Source: an uncultured Gammaproteobacteria bacterium (GTDB lineage Bacteria > Pseudomonadota > Gammaproteobacteria > JAURND01). Taken from it: a stretch of DNA of 64,000 nucleotides. Each line of letters starts with the position of its first letter. The first letter of the stretch is position 1. The stretch is from positions 736,001 through 800,000 of the forward strand of contig CAVQQD010000003.1 of assembly GCA_963714975.1 (NCBI GenBank). Reading direction: 5' to 3'. A program made the position numbers and the translations under genes. Below, piece by piece: positions 56,576-64,000 of the stretch. The notes under the pieces are model-generated. The model was not told where the DNA came from. It was given only the letters and a program-made list of their open reading frames with translations, and searched no databases.

Positions 56576-57120
56576 GGCCCAGAGTCATTTTCTGTTTGGA
56601 CTGTAACTAACAGAGCAAAAGCCAGTGCGTAGAGATGAAACTCTGGCCATTACCACAAGGTAATTCTCTACAGTGTCGTACTGTTGTACTGCATTTTTCT
56701 TAAAATACTTCAATGAACTTAAATAGATAGTTAAGTGTATTTAAGTTTCTATTCTCAAGTTGTTTTTATTTCTATGTTCTTAGAAATATTCTTTAGGATT
56801 TGGTGCTGATTTTTTACGAGCTGTCTTCGTAAGGCGCTGCTATTTCAAATTCCCACCGGTTGAGGATTTTTATCACCCCAGTGCGAGAAATAGTATTTAT
56901 ACCCAGGCAAGTGTCACTTGCTGTTCTACAACATCCCTTGAGATGTCTTTTCATCCACCCAAACGTAATAGGAGGCCAATTCACTCAACGAAACTGTAGT
57001 GCCTGTAGTACCCGGTCGGTAATGCCCGCTAGGTTCGTAGCGTGCATCCGACTGAAAGTCTCATGGCCATTCGTAGAATGGCAATTGCTTTGTTATTTCG
57101 GCAAGGCAATTGAGACTAAA
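56576..57120 (+). ncRNA. Putative large structured non-coding RNA or leader upstream of the tyrosine recombinase
   Basis: At least 10 near-contiguous stems found by eye, including a 5' closing stem, a hairpin with a GGUUCG loop and a 3' three-way junction; begins right after the promoter; no convincing CDS. Confidence 0.6.
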
Positions 57121-57160
57121 CACTAAACTGACTTGAAACAATGAACATTTTGCTGAGATT

Positions 57161-58030
57161 ATGAGTGTCAAATCACAATTAAAACGCTCCTTATACCAAT
57201 GCTTAAAACGTGACCGCTGCGGTTCTTTTGCTACGCGTTGGGATCGCCGCGGAATTTTACAGCAGGCTTTAGAGCAAGTGGTAGACTTAGGGTACAAAAT
57301 TGCAACAGTCGAACAAATCAAGTCCAAGCATATTCAGGCCTTGGTGAGATTTTGGCAACAGAAAAAATTAGCAGTGGGTACCATTAAAAATCGCTTAGCT
57401 GCCTTGCGTTATTTAGCAGACGTTTTGCAAAAGCCCGAGTTGGTCGCCAGCAATAAAACCTTACAAGTGGGTTCGCGCACCACCGCAATGCGCACAAACA
57501 AAGCCTGTGTGCATCCCGATCTGTCGAAAATCACTGATCCTTATGTTAAAGCCTCGGTAGAATTGCAGCGCGTCTTTGGTTTGCGGCGCGAAGAATCACT
57601 CAAAATCAAACCCCATCTGGCCGATCAAGGAAATAAATTATCATTACTCGGTTCTTGGTGTAAAGGCAATCGCAGTCGCGAGATTCCGATTCGCACTGAA
57701 GAGCAACGCCGGTGTTTAGATCAAGCCAAAGGCTTGCTACCCACGCCCAATCAATCGTTAATTCCCGAAGCTAAAAGTTATATTCAACATCGCTATGTCT
57801 ACGATAAACAATTACAACGCGCCGGCATAAAATCTCATGGCTTACGTCATGCGTATGCGCAACAACGTTATTTCGAACTCACCGGTTGGCTCGCCCCGAT
57901 TGCCGGTGGTCCAAAATTTCGCGACATGAACTATACGGAACAAAATCAGGATATTCGTGCCAGGATGATACTGACCGAGGAGCTGGGACATAGTCGCATC
58001 CAAATAATACAAGCGTATTGTGGAAAGTAA
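57161..58030 (+). CDS. Tyrosine recombinase (phage-integrase N-terminal SAM-like domain + Integrase_1-type catalytic domain)
   Basis: Catalytic set intact: FGLRREE (R), WCKG (K), HGLRHAYAQ (HxxR), LGHSR (H), AYCG (Y). Confidence 0.93.
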   Translation: MSVKSQLKRSLYQCLKRDRCGSFATRWDRRGILQQALEQVVDLGYKIATVEQIKSKHIQALVRFWQQKKLAVGTIKNRLAALRYLADVLQKPELVASNKTLQVGSRTTAMRTNKACVHPDLSKITDPYVKASVELQRVFGLRREESLKIKPHLADQGNKLSLLGSWCKGNRSREIPIRTEEQRRCLDQAKGLLPTPNQSLIPEAKSYIQHRYVYDKQLQRAGIKSHGLRHAYAQQRYFELTGWLAPIAGGPKFRDMNYTEQNQDIRARMILTEELGHSRIQIIQAYCGK

Positions 58031-58147
58031 GTTGTTATGCAAAGTTACTGGAAAATAATTTTCCAACCTATTCCTATAAATTCTATACTTCTCTTCGCAT
58101 GATTACCAAGAACGATACAGAATTTTTTATACCACAACGTGTTTTTG

Positions 58148-58290
58148 TTGCTCAAATACACGCTGCGATGCAATTTTTTGACCACCTAATTTTTTTCTAG
58201 ATTGAGGTTTACTTAAACTATCTCGATTGATATGCTACTTTCCTTGCGTTTCATTCTTAATCCCTAGATTAGCTATTCGCTGTGGCTCCA
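58148..58290 (+). promoter_or_regulatory. Conserved ~140-bp upstream block duplicated before both kinase genes (second copy 60376-60517)
   Basis: CTGCGATG.AATTTTTTGACCACCTAA...AGGTTTACTTAAACTA.CTCGATTGATATGCTAC...TTCTTAATCCCTAGATTAG in both copies. Confidence 0.85.
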
Positions 58291-58327
58291 ATCCAATGAA
58301 CACGATAACAAAAAAGGAGAGCACCCC

Positions 58328-60145
58328 ATGTCATCACAAACTAAACTGGAAACCAAACCCAAATCACCGACCCAGCTGATTCGACCGGATGGTGCTACAA
58401 CAGTATTCCTTAACATTCCCTACAGCGAGTTATCTTTTGATGATAAAAACCAGCCCTTAGGCAAAGGTGTTCATGGCAAAGTATATAAAGGAACGTGGGA
58501 TTATAATCCTGTAGCTATTAAGGAATATGACACGCAAGACTTTTCTGAGAAAACCCAAAGGGAAATTCGTACAGAAGCAACTGTAATGGTGCAAGCCAGC
58601 ACCCAATCCGATTATTTAGTGCGGTTAAAAGGCATGAGTTTAGAGAAACCGCATTATTGTTTAGTGATGGAGTATATGCCTGGTGGTGATTTATACCATT
58701 ACCTACACAGCGATCAGGATATTTCCTGGAACATCCGGTACCGCATTGGTTTGGATATCAGCATTGGCTTGCATCATTTACACAGTAGAAAAATTTTGCA
58801 TCGTGATTTAAAAAGTTTTAATGTCCTACTCGATAGCAATGGTCGTGCTAAGTTAGCGGATTTTGGCTCAGCGACCATTAAAACTTGTTCTACAGCAAGT
58901 ACAAGCTTTAAAGGCACCATATTGTGGGCTGCACCTGAAACGTTCACAGATGAACCTACCCAAAAATCAGATGTCTACAGTGCTGGCATGATCTTGTGGG
59001 AACTGGCTAGTCGTGAAATTCCTTACAAGAAAGCGGGAAGTATGGCAGGGATGTGGATTATGCAAGGAAAAAGGGAAACTTTTCCACCAGATACTCCTAC
59101 AGAATTTCAGGCCATAGCTGAAGATTGCTGGCAAGCCCCTGAAAAACGTCCTGAGGCTAAGGTATTAGCCAAACAACTCGATCAATTATGGCAAGCTGCT
59201 CAAAAGAGTGAAATAAAAGAAAAAGCGGCACCACCTAGTACTAGCCCCAGCTCTTCTGTTGGAAAAAAACTAAATGATGGTAGCCAATTTGCCCCTACTC
59301 AACCCATCGACATTAAGACACCTAAAAAAACAGAAGAAAAAGAAAGCATCCACTTTATGGCGCAATCCGGCCTGATGACGCATCAATCCACCGTTGCGAC
59401 GCAGACCTCGACGAGCACTACCCCCTCCCTACATGCCAGTCAACCGGCATTCTTTGGTGGAGCTAGTAGCTCTTCTAGCACCACATCGAGTGAAGTCAAA
59501 ATAAAAACAGCTCCTCTGGATGAAAAAAAGCGCCAACAATTGATGCCACTACAAAATGAATTAATCATGGCTTGTGAAAATGGCAGTTTGGCGAAAGTGA
59601 AAGTCGCCATCGCTAAAGGGGCCTTAGTGGATTTACCCAATGCCCAAGGTAAAAATCCTCTGTATTGTGCGGTGTATGGCATGAATCCTGAAGTAGTGAA
59701 TTATGTCATTGCGCAATGGCGTAAAAATGTTTCCGCCAATTCGTGGCAAGCGTGTGAAGAACACAACAGAAAATACTATGGACAAACTTTTTTAAACATG
59801 AAATTTGCGCCTGTTACTTACAAAAATTGGTATGATTTACTAGAGAAGATCGAACATAATGAATTTTTGGCGGGGTATCATCTCACACAGGCGCGGAAGT
59901 ATTATCCAGAGGCTAAGAAAGTAGCAGACTTCGAGGACTTCATGATCATTATCTGGAGCGGGCAAGACGCTCAAATCGGAAGGCAGGGGCGTCATGATCA
60001 GTTGGGATATGCGTTCGCGTGGCAATCTCAGACTGAAAGAGGATTTGCAAGTTACCGGAATCAAATTAAGCAGGCGATGGAGGGATTACAGGCTGTACAA
60101 ACTAATCAGTCAGTGAGTATGACTGGTAGTACGAGTACGAATTAG
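58328..60145 (+). CDS. Eukaryote-like TKL Ser/Thr kinase + ankyrin-like module, effector candidate
   Basis: GKGVHGKV, VAIK, HRDLKSFN, DFG, WAAPE, SDVYS; LIMACENG...GKNPLYCAVYG ankyrin-like repeats. Confidence 0.92.
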   Translation: MSSQTKLETKPKSPTQLIRPDGATTVFLNIPYSELSFDDKNQPLGKGVHGKVYKGTWDYNPVAIKEYDTQDFSEKTQREIRTEATVMVQASTQSDYLVRLKGMSLEKPHYCLVMEYMPGGDLYHYLHSDQDISWNIRYRIGLDISIGLHHLHSRKILHRDLKSFNVLLDSNGRAKLADFGSATIKTCSTASTSFKGTILWAAPETFTDEPTQKSDVYSAGMILWELASREIPYKKAGSMAGMWIMQGKRETFPPDTPTEFQAIAEDCWQAPEKRPEAKVLAKQLDQLWQAAQKSEIKEKAAPPSTSPSSSVGKKLNDGSQFAPTQPIDIKTPKKTEEKESIHFMAQSGLMTHQSTVATQTSTSTTPSLHASQPAFFGGASSSSSTTSSEVKIKTAPLDEKKRQQLMPLQNELIMACENGSLAKVKVAIAKGALVDLPNAQGKNPLYCAVYGMNPEVVNYVIAQWRKNVSANSWQACEEHNRKYYGQTFLNMKFAPVTYKNWYDLLEKIEHNEFLAGYHLTQARKYYPEAKKVADFEDFMIIIWSGQDAQIGRQGRHDQLGYAFAWQSQTERGFASYRNQIKQAMEGLQAVQTNQSVSMTGSTSTN

Positions 60146-60320
60146 CCGACGAGATTCACCAAGGAGTGAACCGTCGCAGATAATTCGTGGCTTGCCAAAA
60201 AAATATTCTGTAATCCTGCCACGCACCAGGGCTTAAATTTGACCGCATATTGCCGAAGTCGAGAGGGACTTGTCTTTTGCTCTTTTGAGCTCGAAAATGT
60301 GCTTTTTACTCTTCCAAAAA
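60142..60320 (-). pseudogene. 3' remnant of a duplicated copy of the 63225-63482 gene
   Basis: RVKSTFSSS...NLVG* vs RVKSIFSSSNLVG*; both follow ACGAGTACGAATTAGCCGACGAG. Confidence 0.7.
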
Positions 60321-60549
60321 CCGCATCCCTTCCGGCCAAGACAAGCCAAATTCGTCAACGCCAATTCTACAGGTATTGCTCCAAAGCACACTGCGATGTA
60401 ATTTTTTGACCACCTAAATTTTTTCTCGATTCAGGTTTACTTAAACTACCTCGATTGATATGCTACGTTCCTTGCATTTATTCTTAATCCCTAGATTAGT
60501 TATCTGCTGCGACTCCGACTCCAATTAATACAACAAGGGAGAGTGTCCC

Positions 60550-63228
60550 ATGTCATCACAAACCAAACTTGAAATCAAACCTCCATCCTCCACGCAACTA
60601 ATTCAATCGGATGGCGCCGTGTCAATTTCTTTTAACATTCGCTACAAAGATTTATCTTTTGATAATAGAGACAATCCCTTGGGTGAGGGTGCTTATGGAA
60701 AAGTTTATAGAGGGAAATGGGATTTTAATACCGTAGCCATTAAGGAATACACTGCACAAGATTTTTCTGAGAAAACTCAAAAAGAAATCCGTACGGAAGC
60801 TTCTGTCATGGCACAAGTCAGTACTACGTCTGATTATTTGGTGCGTCTCAAAGGTATGAGTTTAGAAAAACCCCATTATTGTTTGGTGATGGAGTATATG
60901 GGTGGTGGTGATTTGTACCATTATTTGCACAGTAATCAAGATATTTCATGGGAGGCCCGTTATCGTTGGGGTTCGGATATTTGTATTGGCTTGCATCATT
61001 TACACAGCAAAGATATTTTGCATCGTGATTTAAAAAGCTTAAATGTCCTACTCGATAGTAATGGTCGCGCTAAATTATCAGATTTTGGTATGGCAAAAAT
61101 TAAAGCCAGCTCTTCGGTTAGTACGAAAGGAGGGTTTAAAGGCACCTTGTTATGGGCTGCTCCCGAGCTTTTTAAGCCTCATAGTAAACCCACTAAAGCT
61201 GCCGATGTTTACAGTCTTGGCATGGTACTTTGGGAATTAGCCAGTAGAGAAATTCCATTTAAGAATGCAGGAAATATGGCGATGGCTTGGATTATGCAAG
61301 GCACCCAAGAAGAAGTACCCGCAGATACTCCCCCTGAATTTAAAACGGTGATTCTCGATTGTTGGCAAGCGCCTGAAAAGCGTCCCGAGGCTAAAGTATT
61401 GGCCGGACAGCTCGATCAATTATGTCAAACCGCTCAAAAAACTGAATTAAAAGAAACAGTGGCGTCATCGAGTACCAGTCCCAGTTCTTTTGGTAAAAAA
61501 CTGAATGATCTATTTGCCCCTATTCCGCTTATCAGCCAATTGACCCTTAAACCCATTGATATTAAGACAGCTAAGAAAACAGAAGAAAAAGAAATAGCTC
61601 ACTTTATGGCGCAATCCAGCTTGATGACGCATCAATCCTCTGGTACAACACAAGTCTCGACGACTGCTCCTTCTCTACATGCCAGTCAACCGGCGTTTTT
61701 TGGCGGAGCCAGTAGCTCTTCTAGCACTTCAACCAGTGAAGCCAAAACAAAAGTAGTTCCCTTGGATGAAAAAAGTCGCCAACAATTGATGCCGCTACAA
61801 AATGAATTAATTCAAGCTTGCGAAAATGGTAGTTTAGCGAAAGTTAAGGCCGCCATTGGCAAAGGGGCTTTAGTCGATTTACCCAACGAACAAGGTAACA
61901 ACCCGCTGTATTGTGCCGTGTATGGCATGAATCCTGAGGTAGTGAATTATGTCATTGCACAACTTGGTGAAAATGCTCCTGCCAATTCTTGGCAAGCGTG
62001 TGAAGAACATAACAAAAAACACTATGGACAAACCTATTTAAACATGAAATTTGCGGATGACTTATTGATAAAAATTGAATCCAATGAATTTTTAGCGGAA
62101 TATCATCTAGTTCAAGCACGAAAAATGATGAAAGATGAGACCAATAAGCATTGTGAGACTTTTGATGCTTTCAAACAGCGGAAGAATGGGGGACGCCGTA
62201 TTACGTGGTTGACCGATTATCGAGATCTCGATGGGCGGGTCACACAGATGACAGAGACAGGGTATGAAGTTTATAGAAATCAAATTAAGCAGGCGATGGA
62301 GGGATTACAGGTGGCACAAATTAGTCAGTTGGTTGGTAAAAAACTGAATGATCCATTTGCCCCTATTCCACCCGTTGATAACAGCCACTTTTACCTCATC
62401 GATATTAAGACACCTAAAACAGAAGAAAAGGAAAGCACCCGCTTTATGACGCAATCCAGTCTGGTGACGCAACAATCCTCTGGTACAACACAAGTCTCGA
62501 CGACTGCTCCTTCTCTACATGCCAGTCAACCGGCATTTTTTGGTGGAGGTAGTAGTTCTTCTAGTACTACATCGAGTGAAGACAAAATCAAAGAGGTTCC
62601 ATCGGATGAAAAGAAGCACCAGCAATTGATGCCACTACAAAATGAATTAACCACTGCCTGCGAAAATGGCAGCTTAGCGAAAGTTAAGGCCGCCATTGGC
62701 AAAGGGGCGTTAGTAGATTTACCCAATGCCCAAGGTAAAAATCCTCTGTATTGTGCCGTGTATGGCATGAATCCTGAAGTAGTGAACTATGTCATTGCGC
62801 AACGAAGTGAAAATGCGCCTGCTTCTTGGCAAGGTTGTGAAGAGCACAACAAAAAACACTACGGACAAATCTTTTTAAACATGGAATTTGCGCCTGTCTA
62901 TTACCAAAATTGGCACGATTTACTGTTGAAGATTAAATCTAATGATTTTTTGGCAGACTATCATCTTAAACAGGTTCAAAAGTATTGTGATAAGAAAAAC
63001 GCTGATTGGTACACAAGCTTGGAGCGATTGATAGAATGGTTGGGGCGGTGGGACCTAGTGTCACCAGGGTATTGGGTGGAGTCGATTCCTAGTTCGTGGG
63101 CTGCGGTGCGCAACACTGAGCTAGGGTACCAGGTTAACAGGAGCCAAATTAAGCAAGCAATTGAGGGGTTACAGGCGGCGCAAACCAATCAGTCAGTGAG
63201 TATGACTGGTAGTACGAGTACGAATTAG
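60550..63228 (+). CDS. Eukaryote-like TKL kinase with two tandem ankyrin-like modules; paralogue of 58328-60145
   Basis: GEGAYGKV, VAIK, HRDLKSLN, DFG, WAAPE; module repeated at about 61490-62310 and 62335-63228. Confidence 0.92.
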   Translation: MSSQTKLEIKPPSSTQLIQSDGAVSISFNIRYKDLSFDNRDNPLGEGAYGKVYRGKWDFNTVAIKEYTAQDFSEKTQKEIRTEASVMAQVSTTSDYLVRLKGMSLEKPHYCLVMEYMGGGDLYHYLHSNQDISWEARYRWGSDICIGLHHLHSKDILHRDLKSLNVLLDSNGRAKLSDFGMAKIKASSSVSTKGGFKGTLLWAAPELFKPHSKPTKAADVYSLGMVLWELASREIPFKNAGNMAMAWIMQGTQEEVPADTPPEFKTVILDCWQAPEKRPEAKVLAGQLDQLCQTAQKTELKETVASSSTSPSSFGKKLNDLFAPIPLISQLTLKPIDIKTAKKTEEKEIAHFMAQSSLMTHQSSGTTQVSTTAPSLHASQPAFFGGASSSSSTSTSEAKTKVVPLDEKSRQQLMPLQNELIQACENGSLAKVKAAIGKGALVDLPNEQGNNPLYCAVYGMNPEVVNYVIAQLGENAPANSWQACEEHNKKHYGQTYLNMKFADDLLIKIESNEFLAEYHLVQARKMMKDETNKHCETFDAFKQRKNGGRRITWLTDYRDLDGRVTQMTETGYEVYRNQIKQAMEGLQVAQISQLVGKKLNDPFAPIPPVDNSHFYLIDIKTPKTEEKESTRFMTQSSLVTQQSSGTTQVSTTAPSLHASQPAFFGGGSSSSSTTSSEDKIKEVPSDEKKHQQLMPLQNELTTACENGSLAKVKAAIGKGALVDLPNAQGKNPLYCAVYGMNPEVVNYVIAQRSENAPASWQGCEEHNKKHYGQIFLNMEFAPVYYQNWHDLLLKIKSNDFLADYHLKQVQKYCDKKNADWYTSLERLIEWLGRWDLVSPGYWVESIPSSWAAVRNTELGYQVNRSQIKQAIEGLQAAQTNQSVSMTGSTSTN

Positions 63229-63482
63229 CCGACGAGGTTTGAGCTCGAAAATATGCTTTTTACTCGGTTGAGCAGAGTTTTAACCGGCCGTAGTAATTCT
63301 TGTTGGACTAACACTACGGTACTACTCAAGCCCACCAGCGTATTCAAATCTCGAATAAAATCTTGTGCCGAAGCGGTGTCTACGCGTTCCGGGTGATGTA
63401 CATAAAACCCCAAGGCCGCTTCGAAGAAATGGGTGAGGGCACGTAATTCACGATGGGTCCAAGGCGTGTCGAGTCGTCTCAT
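63225..63482 (-). CDS. Small hypothetical protein (85 aa from ATG 63482)
   Basis: RBS GGAGG upstream of MRRLDTPW; starts 2 nt after the receiver gene stop. Confidence 0.6.
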   Translation of the reverse strand: MRRLDTPWTHRELRALTHFFEAALGFYVHHPERVDTASAQDFIRDLNTLVGLSSTVVLVQQELLRPVKTLLNRVKSIFSSSNLVG

Positions 63483-63484
63483 TT

Positions 63485-63880
63485 TTAACCCTCCAGAAAA
63501 TAATGGGGGGCTGCGGCGGACAATACTAAATCGTCGATCATCTGCCGGCATAATTCTTTCGTCAGGGGCTTCAGTAAAAATCCCTTGACACCTAACTCAT
63601 AGGCTTGCACTTTTTGCTGCACATCTTCGTGGGTGGTGACGATGACTATCGGTGTCTTACTATTGGGCCCTTTGCTTTGCCGCAAGTGGCGCGCGATTTC
63701 AAGACCACTTAAGTCCGACAGATTCAAGTTTACCACCACTAATCGATAGGCTTGATGCAGCTTTTCTAAAGCGGCTAGTCCGCTACTGACTACGTTGACG
63801 CAGCAATGCAAGCTTTCAAAAAATCGGCGGGTGGTGTAGGCAATCATCGGATTCGGTTCAATGAGTAATACATTTTTCAT
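63485..63880 (-). CDS. Single-domain atypical (pseudo-)receiver protein
   Basis: CheY-like fold (VLLIE, SGLAAL, SGLEIARHLR, TPIVIVTT, FLLKP) but the phospho-acceptor position reads VVVN and the acidic pocket reads IEPN. Confidence 0.85.
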   Translation of the reverse strand: MKNVLLIEPNPMIAYTTRRFFESLHCCVNVVSSGLAALEKLHQAYRLVVVNLNLSDLSGLEIARHLRQSKGPNSKTPIVIVTTHEDVQQKVQAYELGVKGFLLKPLTKELCRQMIDDLVLSAAAPHYFLEG

Positions 63881-64000
63881 GGGTAAGTTTCCTGTTGTTG
63901 GAAGGGAATGAACAGAGTGAAGGTGCTGCCCTGGTTGAGTGTGCTTGCTACCTGAATTTCACCGCCTAATTCGGTTAAAAATTGTTTGACCAGGCTCAAT

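Larger units (their letters stand above)
49597..64000. mobile_element. Accessory/effector genomic island downstream of tRNA-Asn (right end not in window)
   Basis: Abrupt switch from core genes to SEL1, NLR-like, recombinase and kinase genes plus gene fragments; AAATCAAGCAGTTA just after the tRNA resembles motifs seen beside att sites. Confidence 0.65.

Noticed and set aside
56725-56736. Loop AGATAGTTAAGT nearly complementary to ACTTAAACTATCT (58211-58223) in the kinase upstream block, as a guide-target pair
   Set aside because: Only 12 AT-rich nucleotides with an indel; plausible by chance without covariation evidence.
56860-57126. 88-aa ORF (and antisense 57061-57327) in the recombinase leader
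   Set aside because: TTG start, no RBS, no recognisable domain; the dense base-pairing is better explained as structured nucleic acid.
58255-58275. PmrA box upstream of the kinase genes
   Set aside because: Only one CTTAAT half-site; no second half-site at the 11-bp spacing in either copy.
58328-63228. Canonical diversity-generating retroelement
   Set aside because: No reverse transcriptase, Avd or template repeat is visible, and the variable loops differ in length and are not A-only variants of each other.

Overview
Chromosomal window from a Dot/Icm-bearing Legionellales (Coxiellaceae-like) bacterium, judged from icmT/icmS, a PmrA-type box and many eukaryote-like effector candidates. From left to right: (1) an NHLM/bacteriocin-type type I export module (C39-ABC, HlyD, cNMP protein) next to a three-module NRPS (C-A-T-C-A-T-E-C-A-T-TE) and a MATE exporter; (2) uvrB, repeat/IS debris and a PmrA-boxed effector candidate split by an IS4 element; (3) core genes aspC, icmT/S, lpxB, gnnA-like, rnhB, dnaE; (4) a pentose phosphate/trehalose block, VOC protein and rimK/rimB; (5) tRNA-Asn followed by an accessory island with a SEL1 protein, a pseudokinase-NACHT-pentapeptide-WD40 NLR-like gene, an intact tyrosine recombinase and two tandem TKL-type kinase-ankyrin genes. 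Best novelty candidates: a ~545-nt densely structured non-coding leader between a sigma70 promoter and the recombinase; three G-rich hypervariable loops in otherwise conserved kinase-ankyrin modules; and a GGCC-ended palindromic micro-element with 8-bp target duplications that inserts in frame into proteins. Many single-base frameshifts, including one in essential dnaE, suggest indel errors in the assembly, so pseudogene calls are provisional. All structure and domain calls were made by eye, without tools.
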